Positions 47,337 through 56,012 of a stretch of 64,000 bases of DNA are shown piece after piece. Source of the DNA: Vicinamibacterales bacterium (GTDB lineage: Bacteria; Acidobacteriota; Vicinamibacteria; Vicinamibacterales; UBA8438). The notes beneath the pieces were generated by a model, which was not told the origin of the DNA, made no database searches, and was given only the letters and a program-made list of their open reading frames with translations. The position numbers and the translations under genes were made by a program. Location: the NCBI GenBank assembly GCA_965202655.1, contig CBDBBK010000002.1, forward strand, positions 144,639 through 208,638, given 5' to 3'. The stretch's first letter is position 1. The number at the start of each line of letters is the position of its first letter.

Positions 47337-48896
47337 GTGATGACACGACCTGCGCCGGCCACCTTTCAGGACCTCGCCCGTCCGCCCGCGACCCGTCTTG
47401 CCGGGGCGGTCGCCCTCGTCCGCGAATTCGGCCTTGGTGTCCCCGTACGGCGCCCGGCCAGCGTGTCCGATCGGCACGTCAGCGGCAGCCGCCGCCGCGA
47501 CGGCTCCTGGATCGTCTTCGACAAGCGCTACTGGCCGGGAGACGAAGCCACCGACCACCTCGCCTTCATGCTCAGGCACGAAGATGCCGACCTTCTGGTG
47601 CTGCGGCGCGTCTTCGAGGCGCTGCCGCAGAACGTCATCGAGACGCTTGTCCGTGCGGCGCCGACCGCCCGTCACACGCGCCGCATCTGGTTTCTCTACG
47701 AAACGCTCACGGGCCGCATCCTCGAAGTCGACGATGCGGCGGGCGTCGCCGCCATCGACCTGCTCGACTCCAGGCGTTACTTCACCGGCAGGCCGCGACT
47801 CTCGAGGCGCCATCGGGTACGGGACAACCTGCTCGGCACCGGCCGGTTCTGCCCGGTAATCAGGCGCACGCCGGCGCTGCAGAGGTTTCTTTCCCTCGAC
47901 TTGGCCGCGCGTGCGCGCGCCACCGTGGGCCACGCGGGCGGGCAGGTGGTCGCCCGCGCCGCCAGCTTCCTGCTCCTGGCCGACAGCCGCGCGAGCTTTC
48001 AGATCGAAGGCGAGCGCCCCGGGCGCGACCGTCTGGAGCGTTGGGGCCGCGCCGTGCTGCAGGCAGGAAAAGACGCTCTCACCCTCGATGAGATCATCCG
48101 CCTCCACCGCGTCCTGATCGAAGACACGCGCTTTGTGCAGGCGGGCCTGCGCACCGATGGCGTCTTCATCGGCGACCGCGACCACGCGGGCGACCCGCTC
48201 CCCGAGTTCATCGGCGCTCGCGCGCAGGATCTCGACGACCTGATGGCCGGCCTGCTCGCAGCCAACGACCGCATGCGCGACGATGGCGTCGATCCGGTGC
48301 TGCAAGCCGCCGCGACCGCGTTCGCGTTCGTCTACGTACACCCGTTCGCGGACGGCAACGGGCGCCTGCACCGCTGCCTGATTCACCACGTCCTGGCGGA
48401 GCGGCGCTTCACGCCAGGCGGCATGGTGTTCCCGGTGTCGTCCGTCATGCTCGATCGCATCGACGATTACCGGAACACGCTGCAGGCGCAGTCCGGACCC
48501 CTGATGCCGTTCATCCGGTGGCGTCCGACGCCGGAACGTAACGTCGACGTGCTCAATGACACCGCCGACCTGTACCGGTACTTCGATTGCACGGAGGCCG
48601 CCGAGTTCCTCTATGCCTGCGTACGACGCACGGTTGATGACGATCTGCCCCGCGAGATCGACTACCTGCGCTGCCATGACGAGGCCATCCGGCGCATCGT
48701 GGAGGGCGTCGACGTCCCGGTGCGCATTGCCGAAGACCTCGTGATGTTCATCCGCCAGAACCGCGGCTCGCTCCCCGGGAGACGGCGCCGGCGGACATTC
48801 CAGGAACTGAGCGACGAGGAAGTGAACCGGGTAGAGAGCATCGTCGTCGACGCCTTCGCGGGTGCTGCGGGCGACGGGGTGGCGGCGCCGGACTAA
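47337..48896 (+). CDS. Fic-domain protein
   Basis: Canonical HPFADGNGRLHR. Confidence 0.9.
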   Translation: MMTRPAPATFQDLARPPATRLAGAVALVREFGLGVPVRRPASVSDRHVSGSRRRDGSWIVFDKRYWPGDEATDHLAFMLRHEDADLLVLRRVFEALPQNVIETLVRAAPTARHTRRIWFLYETLTGRILEVDDAAGVAAIDLLDSRRYFTGRPRLSRRHRVRDNLLGTGRFCPVIRRTPALQRFLSLDLAARARATVGHAGGQVVARAASFLLLADSRASFQIEGERPGRDRLERWGRAVLQAGKDALTLDEIIRLHRVLIEDTRFVQAGLRTDGVFIGDRDHAGDPLPEFIGARAQDLDDLMAGLLAANDRMRDDGVDPVLQAAATAFAFVYVHPFADGNGRLHRCLIHHVLAERRFTPGGMVFPVSSVMLDRIDDYRNTLQAQSGPLMPFIRWRPTPERNVDVLNDTADLYRYFDCTEAAEFLYACVRRTVDDDLPREIDYLRCHDEAIRRIVEGVDVPVRIAEDLVMFIRQNRGSLPGRRRRRTFQELSDEEVNRVESIVVDAFAGAAGDGVAAPD

Positions 48897-48902
48897 CCGC
48901 GG

Positions 48903-50225
48903 CTAGTTGATGCCGATCCTGAGGACGGTGAACAGCAGCCAGCAGGTGAAGCCGCCGACAATCGTCATCGACAGCCCCCACGCCATCAGCTTGTTGAACA
49001 GCTTGCGGCTGTCCTCGTGAGACGGCGCGGCGGCCATGCAGAGCGCGCCGAGGGTGGAGAGGGCGGAGACGTCCACCAGGTGCGCGCCGACGTTCATGGC
49101 CGAGGCGATGGCGAGCGGAGTCACCCCGCCCACCTGTTCCGCGAGGCCGGGGACGGTTGGCAGGAACGCCGGGAGCACGACCCCCGACGTGCTGCTGTAG
49201 ATGGATATGAACCCGGTGGTGAACGCCATGATTCCGGTGACGGTGTTGGCGCTGGAGACGCCGGCCAGCACGCGGGTGAAGAGCTCGAGGCCGCCCGTCT
49301 CGTCGAGGACGGAGATCAGAACGGTGACGCCGCAGACCATCATGATGACCCGCCAGGGCATCAGCTTGACCGCTTCGTTCTCGTCGCCCGCCTTGAGCAG
49401 CGCGAGGAGGATCGCCCCGGCGAAAGCGCCGAGGCCGACATGCAGGTTGAAGAAGATGACGCCGACGAGCAGGGCGCCGATGACGCCGATGGTGGTCCAG
49501 TGGCGTCGCTCGAAGGTGTCGCCGTCGCCGTCCGCTGCCGCGCTGCCGTCGTCGCCCACCGACGCTTCGGCGTCGCCGGAGCCTCCACCCGGGACGACCA
49601 GGTCGCCGTGGTGGCGGCGGCCGAGCAGGCGCCAGCCGCCCAGCAGGAAGTAGGCGGCGAACGCGATGACGATGTGCGCCATCATGTTGTTGAGGTACGT
49701 CTGCAGTTCGTTCCCGCCGAGGCCGATGTCGGCCATGACGCCGTTGACGATGACGCCCGTCGGCGCGATCGGGGAAAGCGATCCGGCGTTGGCGCCGTTG
49801 CCGATCATGATCGCCATCAGGAACGCCGGGATGCCCACCTGGCCGGCGACCGCCATCCCCATGGGAGCCATGAGCGCGGTGGACGAGATGTTGCCGGGGC
49901 CGATCGACGCCAGGACGAACGAGAGCAGGAAGAACATCATCGGCATCACGCCGACGTTTCCGCGGCAGAGGCGGACCGCGCGGTGGGCGATCAGGTCGAG
50001 GGTGCCGTTCGCCTGCGCCTGCGAAAAGAGGAGCGTGACCCCGGCCAGGGTCAGAAACAGCCGGGTCGGGAAGCCGGCCATTACGTCGTTGGCGCTCATG
50101 CCGGCCAGGAAGACGCCGACCACCCAGGCCAGCGCGATGGCGAGGAAGCCTACGTGCAAGCGGATGGTGCAACTGACGATGATGGCGACGGCAAGCGCGC
50201 CGAGCGAGAGGGTGGCGACATCCAT
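48903..50225 (-). CDS. SLC13/DcuC/ArsB-NhaD (IT superfamily) permease
   Basis: About 12 TM helices; GANAGSLSPIAPTG, VDVSALSTLGA. Confidence 0.85.
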   Translation of the reverse strand: MDVATLSLGALAVAIIVSCTIRLHVGFLAIALAWVVGVFLAGMSANDVMAGFPTRLFLTLAGVTLLFSQAQANGTLDLIAHRAVRLCRGNVGVMPMMFFLLSFVLASIGPGNISSTALMAPMGMAVAGQVGIPAFLMAIMIGNGANAGSLSPIAPTGVIVNGVMADIGLGGNELQTYLNNMMAHIVIAFAAYFLLGGWRLLGRRHHGDLVVPGGGSGDAEASVGDDGSAAADGDGDTFERRHWTTIGVIGALLVGVIFFNLHVGLGAFAGAILLALLKAGDENEAVKLMPWRVIMMVCGVTVLISVLDETGGLELFTRVLAGVSSANTVTGIMAFTTGFISIYSSTSGVVLPAFLPTVPGLAEQVGGVTPLAIASAMNVGAHLVDVSALSTLGALCMAAAPSHEDSRKLFNKLMAWGLSMTIVGGFTCWLLFTVLRIGIN

Positions 50226-50316
50226 GGGGCGGGAGTATATGGGAAAGGGGGCGCGGTGACGGCGCGCCGATGCGCCCACCGACCGATACAATGATTTGAT
50301 CGGGCGGCGGGCTCAA

Positions 50317-51669
50317 GTGCACATCATCATCATCGGGGGCGGCGACATCGGGTATCCGCTGGCCAACGACCTCTCGGCCGAGCACGACGTCTTCCTGGTC
50401 GACCGCGACCCGCTCCGCGCCCACCGCTTCTCGCATCTCGACGTCGAGTTCGTCACCGGCAGCGGCACGAGCCCGGACGTGTTGCGGCGAGCCGGCGTCG
50501 AGAAGTGCGACCTGCTGATAGCCGCCACCCGCCTCGACGAGGTGAACATCGTCGCCTGCTCGTTAGGCAGCGGCCTCGGCGCGAGGCGGACGATCTGCTT
50601 CGTCACGAAGGAAGACCTGCTGGCGCAGCGGAGCGGCGACGACAGCCTGCACCGCAACTTCGGCATCGACGAGATCATCTGGCCGGAAGCGCGGCTTGCG
50701 GCGGAGATCGAGCGCATCATCATGGCGCCGGGAGCGATCGACGCAGAGATGTTCGCGGGCGGTCGGATCGAGCTGCTCGAGTTCCGCCTCGAGGCCGACT
50801 CGCCGGTCGTCGGCCGCGAGGTGGCGTCGCTCTCGCTGCCGGCCGGCGTCGTCATCATCGCCCTGAAGCACGAGAATTCCACCTCGATTCCGCACGGGCA
50901 GACGGTGCTCGAGCCCGGCGACAAGGTGGTCCTGATGGGGACGCGCTACGGGATGAAGCGCCTGCGTTCCGTCATCGCCCCGGCGAGCGCCAACGCCGAG
51001 AGCCAGATGGTGACCATCATCGGCGGCGGCGACGTCGGTTTCCGGCTGGCGCAGAGTCTCGACGACGCGGACGGGATCCGCCTCGTCGTCATCGAGCGCG
51101 AGCGGGAGCGCGGCGAACTGCTGGCCGCGACGCTCCGCAACGCGCTGATCCTGCGGGGCGACGGCACGGACCTGGAACTGCTCGAATCGGAGGAGATCGG
51201 TCGGAGCGACGTCCTCGTCTCGGTAATCGACAACGACGAGCGGAACCTGCTCGCTTCCCTGCTCGGCCACCAGCTCGGCGTGCGCAAGGTGATTACGCGC
51301 GTCAGCAAGCCGTCGAACCACCACCTCTTCGAGCGGGTCGGCATCGATGTGGCGCTGTCGGCGCGCGGCGCGGCGGTCACCTCGGTCATTCACGGGATTG
51401 ACGGGGGCCGCGCCAGCCTCCTCGCCGTCCTCGAGGAGGGGCAGGCGCGCGTCCTCGAACTCGCGGTGCCGGGCGGATTCACGCCGACCGCCGTGCGCGA
51501 CCTCGAACTGCCGCCCGATTCGATCATCGGATCGATCCTGCGCGAGGGGGCGGTGGTGGTGCCGCACGGCGACGACCGCGTGCAGGGAGGCGATCGCCTG
51601 CTGGTCTGTTGCACCGAGCCGGCGGTCCGGGGAGTGCACGATCTGTTCGCCGGCGATACGGGCCCCTAG
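50317..51669 (+). CDS. trkA: Trk potassium uptake regulatory subunit
   Basis: Two IIGGGDxG RCK-N domains each followed by RCK-C. Confidence 0.92.
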   Translation: MHIIIIGGGDIGYPLANDLSAEHDVFLVDRDPLRAHRFSHLDVEFVTGSGTSPDVLRRAGVEKCDLLIAATRLDEVNIVACSLGSGLGARRTICFVTKEDLLAQRSGDDSLHRNFGIDEIIWPEARLAAEIERIIMAPGAIDAEMFAGGRIELLEFRLEADSPVVGREVASLSLPAGVVIIALKHENSTSIPHGQTVLEPGDKVVLMGTRYGMKRLRSVIAPASANAESQMVTIIGGGDVGFRLAQSLDDADGIRLVVIERERERGELLAATLRNALILRGDGTDLELLESEEIGRSDVLVSVIDNDERNLLASLLGHQLGVRKVITRVSKPSNHHLFERVGIDVALSARGAAVTSVIHGIDGGRASLLAVLEEGQARVLELAVPGGFTPTAVRDLELPPDSIIGSILREGAVVVPHGDDRVQGGDRLLVCCTEPAVRGVHDLFAGDTGP

Positions 51670-51720
51670 CGCGCCGGCACGCAGCAGATGGCGGATCGCA
51701 GGTAGCCCGGCAGCCACTCG

Positions 51721-53187
51721 ATGCGGATCATCATCGTCGCGTCGATCGCCGGCCGCATCCTGCGGGTCTTCGGCGCCGCGTTTCTCGCGCCCGCCGCCGT
51801 CGCCGCCGGCTACGGCGAGTGGAACGACGTCCCCGGCTTCCTGATCGGCGGGCTGCTGTCCGCCGCCATCGGCGAGGCGATGGTGCGCGGATCGCGCGGC
51901 GCGGGCGCGGGCCTGCGCCGGATCGAGGCGCTCGCGGTCGTCGCCAGCGTCTGGCTGATGCTCGCGCTGCTCTGCGCGGTGCCGCACCTGTGGGTCGGCC
52001 TCGACCCGATCGACGCCCTGTTCGAGGCGATGTCGGGGATCACGGCCACCGGCGCCACCATCCTGGCCGACTTCGAGACGCCGGGGCGCGGCTTCTTCTT
52101 CTGGCGCGCCATGACGCAGTGGCTGGGCGGCATGGGCGTCATCGCTCTCGTGCTGGCCGTGCTGCCCCGGCTGGCCATCGGGGTGCGGCAGCTCTTCTTC
52201 GCCGAGGTGCCGGGTCCGACCGAGGAGAACCTTGCGCCCCAGATCCGGAAGACGGCGGGGACGCTCTGGAAGTTCTACACGGGGCTGACCGCGGCGGAGG
52301 TGGTCGCGCTGGTGGTGGCGGGGATGCCGCTCTTCGATGCCGTCTGCCACGCGTTCACGAACGTGGCGGCGGGCGGGTTTTCGCCGAACCCGGAGTCCAT
52401 CGCGGGCTACAACAGCGTGGCCATCGAGTGGATCGTCATCGTCTTCATGTTTCTGTCCGGGGCGAACTTCGCGCTCCAGTACCGGGCCGTGCTCGGCTAC
52501 CCGGACGCCCTGGTGCGGGATGACGAGTTCCGCGCCTACGTCGGCATCGTCGCCGGGGCGGCCGCGATCCTCGCCGTCCTGCTGTGGCAACTGGAATCGG
52601 CCGGCGCCCCCATCCGGACGGCGCTGTTCCAGGTGCTGTCCATCCTGACCACCACCGGCTATGCGAGCACGGACTTCGAGTTGTGGTCGGACCAGACGAA
52701 GGTCGTCCTCCTCGCGATGATGTTCATCGGCGGCTGCGCCGGCTCCGCCGCGGGCGGGCCGAAGGTGCTGCGCCACATGCTGATCGGCCGCTTCACGCTG
52801 ACCGAGCTGCGCCGGACGCTGCACCTGCGGGGCGTCATGCCGGTCAAGATGGGCGGAAAGGCGGTGCCGGAGGAGGTGATCCGGTCCGTCCTGGTCTTCT
52901 TCCTCTTCTACATCCTGATGTTCGCGGTCACGACCGCCGTCGTGATCGGCCTCGGGGCCGACATGGAGACGGCGGTCACCGCCACGACCGGCGCCCTGGG
53001 CAACATCGGCCCCGGCTTCGGCGAGGTGGGTCCGATGGCGAACTACGGCGGGCTGCATCCGGTGAGCAAGCTGATGCTGATCGCCGCCATGTGGATCGGC
53101 CGCCTGGAAGTGGTGACCGTTCTGGCCCTGCTCCGCCCGGAGGTCTGGTTGCGGGCGCACTGGCAGGGCATCACGCCGCGCGGGTAG
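51721..53187 (+). CDS. trkH: Trk potassium uptake membrane subunit
   Basis: FEAMSGITATG, QWLGGMG, TTTGY, GNIGPG, GRLE. Confidence 0.93.
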   Translation: MRIIIVASIAGRILRVFGAAFLAPAAVAAGYGEWNDVPGFLIGGLLSAAIGEAMVRGSRGAGAGLRRIEALAVVASVWLMLALLCAVPHLWVGLDPIDALFEAMSGITATGATILADFETPGRGFFFWRAMTQWLGGMGVIALVLAVLPRLAIGVRQLFFAEVPGPTEENLAPQIRKTAGTLWKFYTGLTAAEVVALVVAGMPLFDAVCHAFTNVAAGGFSPNPESIAGYNSVAIEWIVIVFMFLSGANFALQYRAVLGYPDALVRDDEFRAYVGIVAGAAAILAVLLWQLESAGAPIRTALFQVLSILTTTGYASTDFELWSDQTKVVLLAMMFIGGCAGSAAGGPKVLRHMLIGRFTLTELRRTLHLRGVMPVKMGGKAVPEEVIRSVLVFFLFYILMFAVTTAVVIGLGADMETAVTATTGALGNIGPGFGEVGPMANYGGLHPVSKLMLIAAMWIGRLEVVTVLALLRPEVWLRAHWQGITPRG

Positions 53188-53250
53188 CGGCGGGCCGGCG
53201 TGGCGCACCGACCTCCAGGTTCCGGGTCGGCTCCCGCTACAGCCGCCCTG

Positions 53251-53331
53251 GGAGCCCGTGGTGAAACTCCCGCTACGTCAGTCGGGCGCCTCGCCGCTCT
53301 CCGTGCTACGCGGGGTTTCACCGCGGGCTCC
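53251..53331. repeat. Internally deleted copy of the MITE-like element
   Basis: GGAGCCCGTGGTGAAACTCC...GGGGTTTCACCGCGGGCTCC; interior matches the reverse complement of about 31981-32025. Confidence 0.85.
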
Positions 53332-54771
53332 GAGCTGCTCGTTCAGGATGTCCCACGCCCGCCGGACATGCCGTTCTTCGGTCCGGATGTGACCGATGGC
53401 GAGGCGAAGGGCATAGGCGCCGTTGAGCTTCGTGTGCGAGAGGAAGACCTCGCCGGTGGCGTTGACGGCGTCGAGCAGGCGTTCGTTCAGGGCGTCTAGA
53501 TCATCGGCGCCCGCGACGCCGGCGGGACGCGCGCGGAAGCAGACGACGCTGAACGGAACCGGCGCGAGGCGCTCGAAGCGCGGACTCTCGTCCACCCACG
53601 CGGCGAACTGTTGCGCGAGCCGGAGGTGCTCGGCGAGGCGGTCGCCGATGCCGTCGGATCCGAAGTAGCGCAGCACGGCCCAGAGCTTCAGGGCGCGGAA
53701 CCGGCGGCCGAGCTGCACGCCGGTGTCCATCAGGTTCCGCACGCCGGCGTCGCCTTCGCGCGTCTGCAGGTATTCGGGGGTCAGCGAGAACGCGGCGCGC
53801 ACGTCGTCCATCCGCCGGCAGTAGAACGCGCTCAGATCGAACGGCGTGAACAGCCACTTGTGCGGATTCACCACGACGGAGTCCGCGCGCCCGCAGCCGT
53901 CCATCACGGCGCGCATGCCCGGCGCGAGGGCGGCGGCCCCCGCGTACGCCGCGTCGACGTGCAGCCAGATGCGCTGGTCGGTCTCGAGGACATCGGCGAT
54001 CGCCGCCACCGGATCGACGCTGGTGGTCGACGTCGTCCCGACCGTCGCGACAACCGCCATCGGCAGCGCTCCGGCCGCGCGGTCCGCGGCGATCGCGTCG
54101 CCCAGGGCGTCCGGCCGCATCCGGAACTGGTCGTCCACCGGGATCTTCCGGATGGCGTCCATCCCCAGCCCGAGCGTCATCACCGCCTTGTCGACCGAGG
54201 AGTGCGACTGCGCGGAGGCGTAGACGGCGAGCGGCGGCAGGTCGGCGCGGCCCGACATCCCGCGTGTCCGCGTGTCCGGCGCGGCCCGATGGCGCGCGGC
54301 GGCCAGGGCATGCAGCGTCGAGACCGACGCGGTGTCATAGATCACGCCTTCGAAGGCGTCCGGCAGTCCGAGGAGTTGCCGGAGCCAGCCGAGCGTCACT
54401 TCCTCCAGCTCCGTGGCGGCGGGCGACGTCCGCCACAGCATCGCCTGGACGTTGAGCGCCGCGGAAAGGAACTCCGCCAGCACGCCCGGCGCGCTGCCGG
54501 AGATGGCGAAGTAGGCGAAGAAGCCGGGGTGGTTCCAGTGGGTGAGGCCGGGGACGACTACGCGCTCGAAGTCGCGGAAGATCTCGTCGAATCCGACGCC
54601 CTCGCGGGGCGGCCGGTCGGGCAGCGCGCCGCGGACGTCTCCGGGATGGGCGCGCGACAGGACCGGATAGCGCTCGGACCCGTCGAGGTAGGCGGCTATC
54701 CAGTCGACGAGCGCGTGCCCGTCGCGCCGGAACGCCTCCGCGTCCATGTCACCGAGGCGTCTGCGGGGCAC
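53278..54771 (-). CDS. PLP-dependent aromatic L-amino acid decarboxylase (group II)
   Basis: PGLTHWNHP, SPAATELE, HVDAAYAG, NPHKW, GRRFRALK. Confidence 0.92.
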   Translation of the reverse strand: MPRRRLGDMDAEAFRRDGHALVDWIAAYLDGSERYPVLSRAHPGDVRGALPDRPPREGVGFDEIFRDFERVVVPGLTHWNHPGFFAYFAISGSAPGVLAEFLSAALNVQAMLWRTSPAATELEEVTLGWLRQLLGLPDAFEGVIYDTASVSTLHALAAARHRAAPDTRTRGMSGRADLPPLAVYASAQSHSSVDKAVMTLGLGMDAIRKIPVDDQFRMRPDALGDAIAADRAAGALPMAVVATVGTTSTTSVDPVAAIADVLETDQRIWLHVDAAYAGAAALAPGMRAVMDGCGRADSVVVNPHKWLFTPFDLSAFYCRRMDDVRAAFSLTPEYLQTREGDAGVRNLMDTGVQLGRRFRALKLWAVLRYFGSDGIGDRLAEHLRLAQQFAAWVDESPRFERLAPVPFSVVCFRARPAGVAGADDLDALNERLLDAVNATGEVFLSHTKLNGAYALRLAIGHIRTEERHVRRAWDILNEQLGARGETPRSTESGEAPD

Positions 54772-54846
54772 GCGATCAGTTTGTCGGGCGGAATCGAACC
54801 GCCCCTCTCCGTCAGGAAGCGCGGCGCCGAGGCGCTCCGCAGATCG

Positions 54847-55398
54847 TCAGTTGCCGCCGAGGTAGTCGAGCGCGAACGCCCGCAGCGCATCGCTCCGCAG
54901 GCCGATCGCTTCCGCCTCGACCGTCGCGTCCTCGAACGAGTAGCCGTCCTGCTTCACGCGCTTGATGAGCCACATGAAGCCCACCCGATTGGCGGATCCG
55001 CAATGGATGTACACCGGCTGGTTGTCCGGCTCGGCCACCGTGTCGAGGAACTGATCGACGAGTTCGGTCGTCGGCTCGCGGAAGGGAAGATGCACGTAGT
55101 TCAATCCCGCCGCCTCAGCCGCCTCACGTGACGCTTCGACCCGCGCGTTCCGCTCGCCCGCGGTGCGGAAGTTGATGATCGTGTTGAATCCGCGCTCGCG
55201 GATCTCCGGCATCGCCTCCGGGCCGGTCGCCCCGGCGCACGCCACCGTGGCGTCCACCCGGGTGTAGTTCGGCACCCCTTCGGGTCCCTCTTCCTCAAGG
55301 AAGTTCTGCGCCTGCACGGCCACGACCGTCCCGGCCGCAACGAGCAGGACCGCAGCGAGAGCCGCCACCAACGTCAACGGTTTTCTTGACTGCTGCAT
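54847..55398 (-). CDS. Exported PTP-like/BLH (DUF442) sulfurtransferase-phosphatase domain protein
   Basis: Signal peptide, IINFR, HCGSANR. Confidence 0.8.
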   Translation of the reverse strand: MQQSRKPLTLVAALAAVLLVAAGTVVAVQAQNFLEEEGPEGVPNYTRVDATVACAGATGPEAMPEIRERGFNTIINFRTAGERNARVEASREAAEAAGLNYVHLPFREPTTELVDQFLDTVAEPDNQPVYIHCGSANRVGFMWLIKRVKQDGYSFEDATVEAEAIGLRSDALRAFALDYLGGN

Positions 55399-55498
55399 GA
55401 CCGGTGATTGTACCATCGGCGTCCACGCTTCTGGCGCGCCGGCGTACGCCCTCGGGGCGCGCTGGCCTCCAGACCGGCGCAAGAAAGGGAGGCACGGC

Positions 55499-55963
55499 AT
55501 GCCAGACGTTGTCCACACCAGCCGCATGCGGATCGAGCGGGTCAAGGGGCCGGTCCGCGAGGCGTTTCTCGACGGTTTCGACGCGCCGATCCGTTTCGGC
55601 GTCCACGGCGGCATCAAGAAGTTCTACGGCGTGGAGCCCGAGGAAGAGGTTCCCGCGACGCTGGACTACATCGTCGGCTCCGTCGGCGGTTGACTGCTCG
55701 GCACCCTTGCACGCGCACTGGAAGTGCGCAAGGTTCCGGCGCCGCGCGACAAGATCTCGGCCCAGGTGGAAGGCGATATCGAGGCCATCGACAACGTGCT
55801 GCGCATCACGCGGATCCGCGTCCGGTACGCTCTGACCGTCCCCCGCGGGATGCGGGAAGCGGCCGAGCGCGCCGTCGCGAAGCACCCGAAGGGGTGTCCC
55901 GCCGCGAACAGCGTTGCAGGCTGCATCGACCTCGACATCGCCGCCGACATCACCGAGGAATAG
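55499..55963 (+). CDS. OsmC/Ohr-family protein with in-frame TGA (selenocysteine) at 55691-55693
   Basis: GGAGG RBS; ATLDYIVGSVGG-U-LLGTLARAL...HPKGCP in one frame; downstream hairpin. Confidence 0.85.
55705..55733 (+). promoter_or_regulatory. Bacterial SECIS-like stem-loop
   Basis: CCTTG-CACG bulge-CGCACT-GGA-AGTGCG-CAAGG, starting 11 nt after the TGA. Confidence 0.7.
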
Positions 55964-56012
55964 GCCCGCCGGCCCCGCCGACCCCGCCGCTGGCGGCGCC
56001 AAGGCTGTCGCC

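Noticed and set aside
51688-51720. Amber readthrough extending trkH (ATG...TAG in frame)
   Set aside because: TrkH appears complete from 51721; no supporting signal
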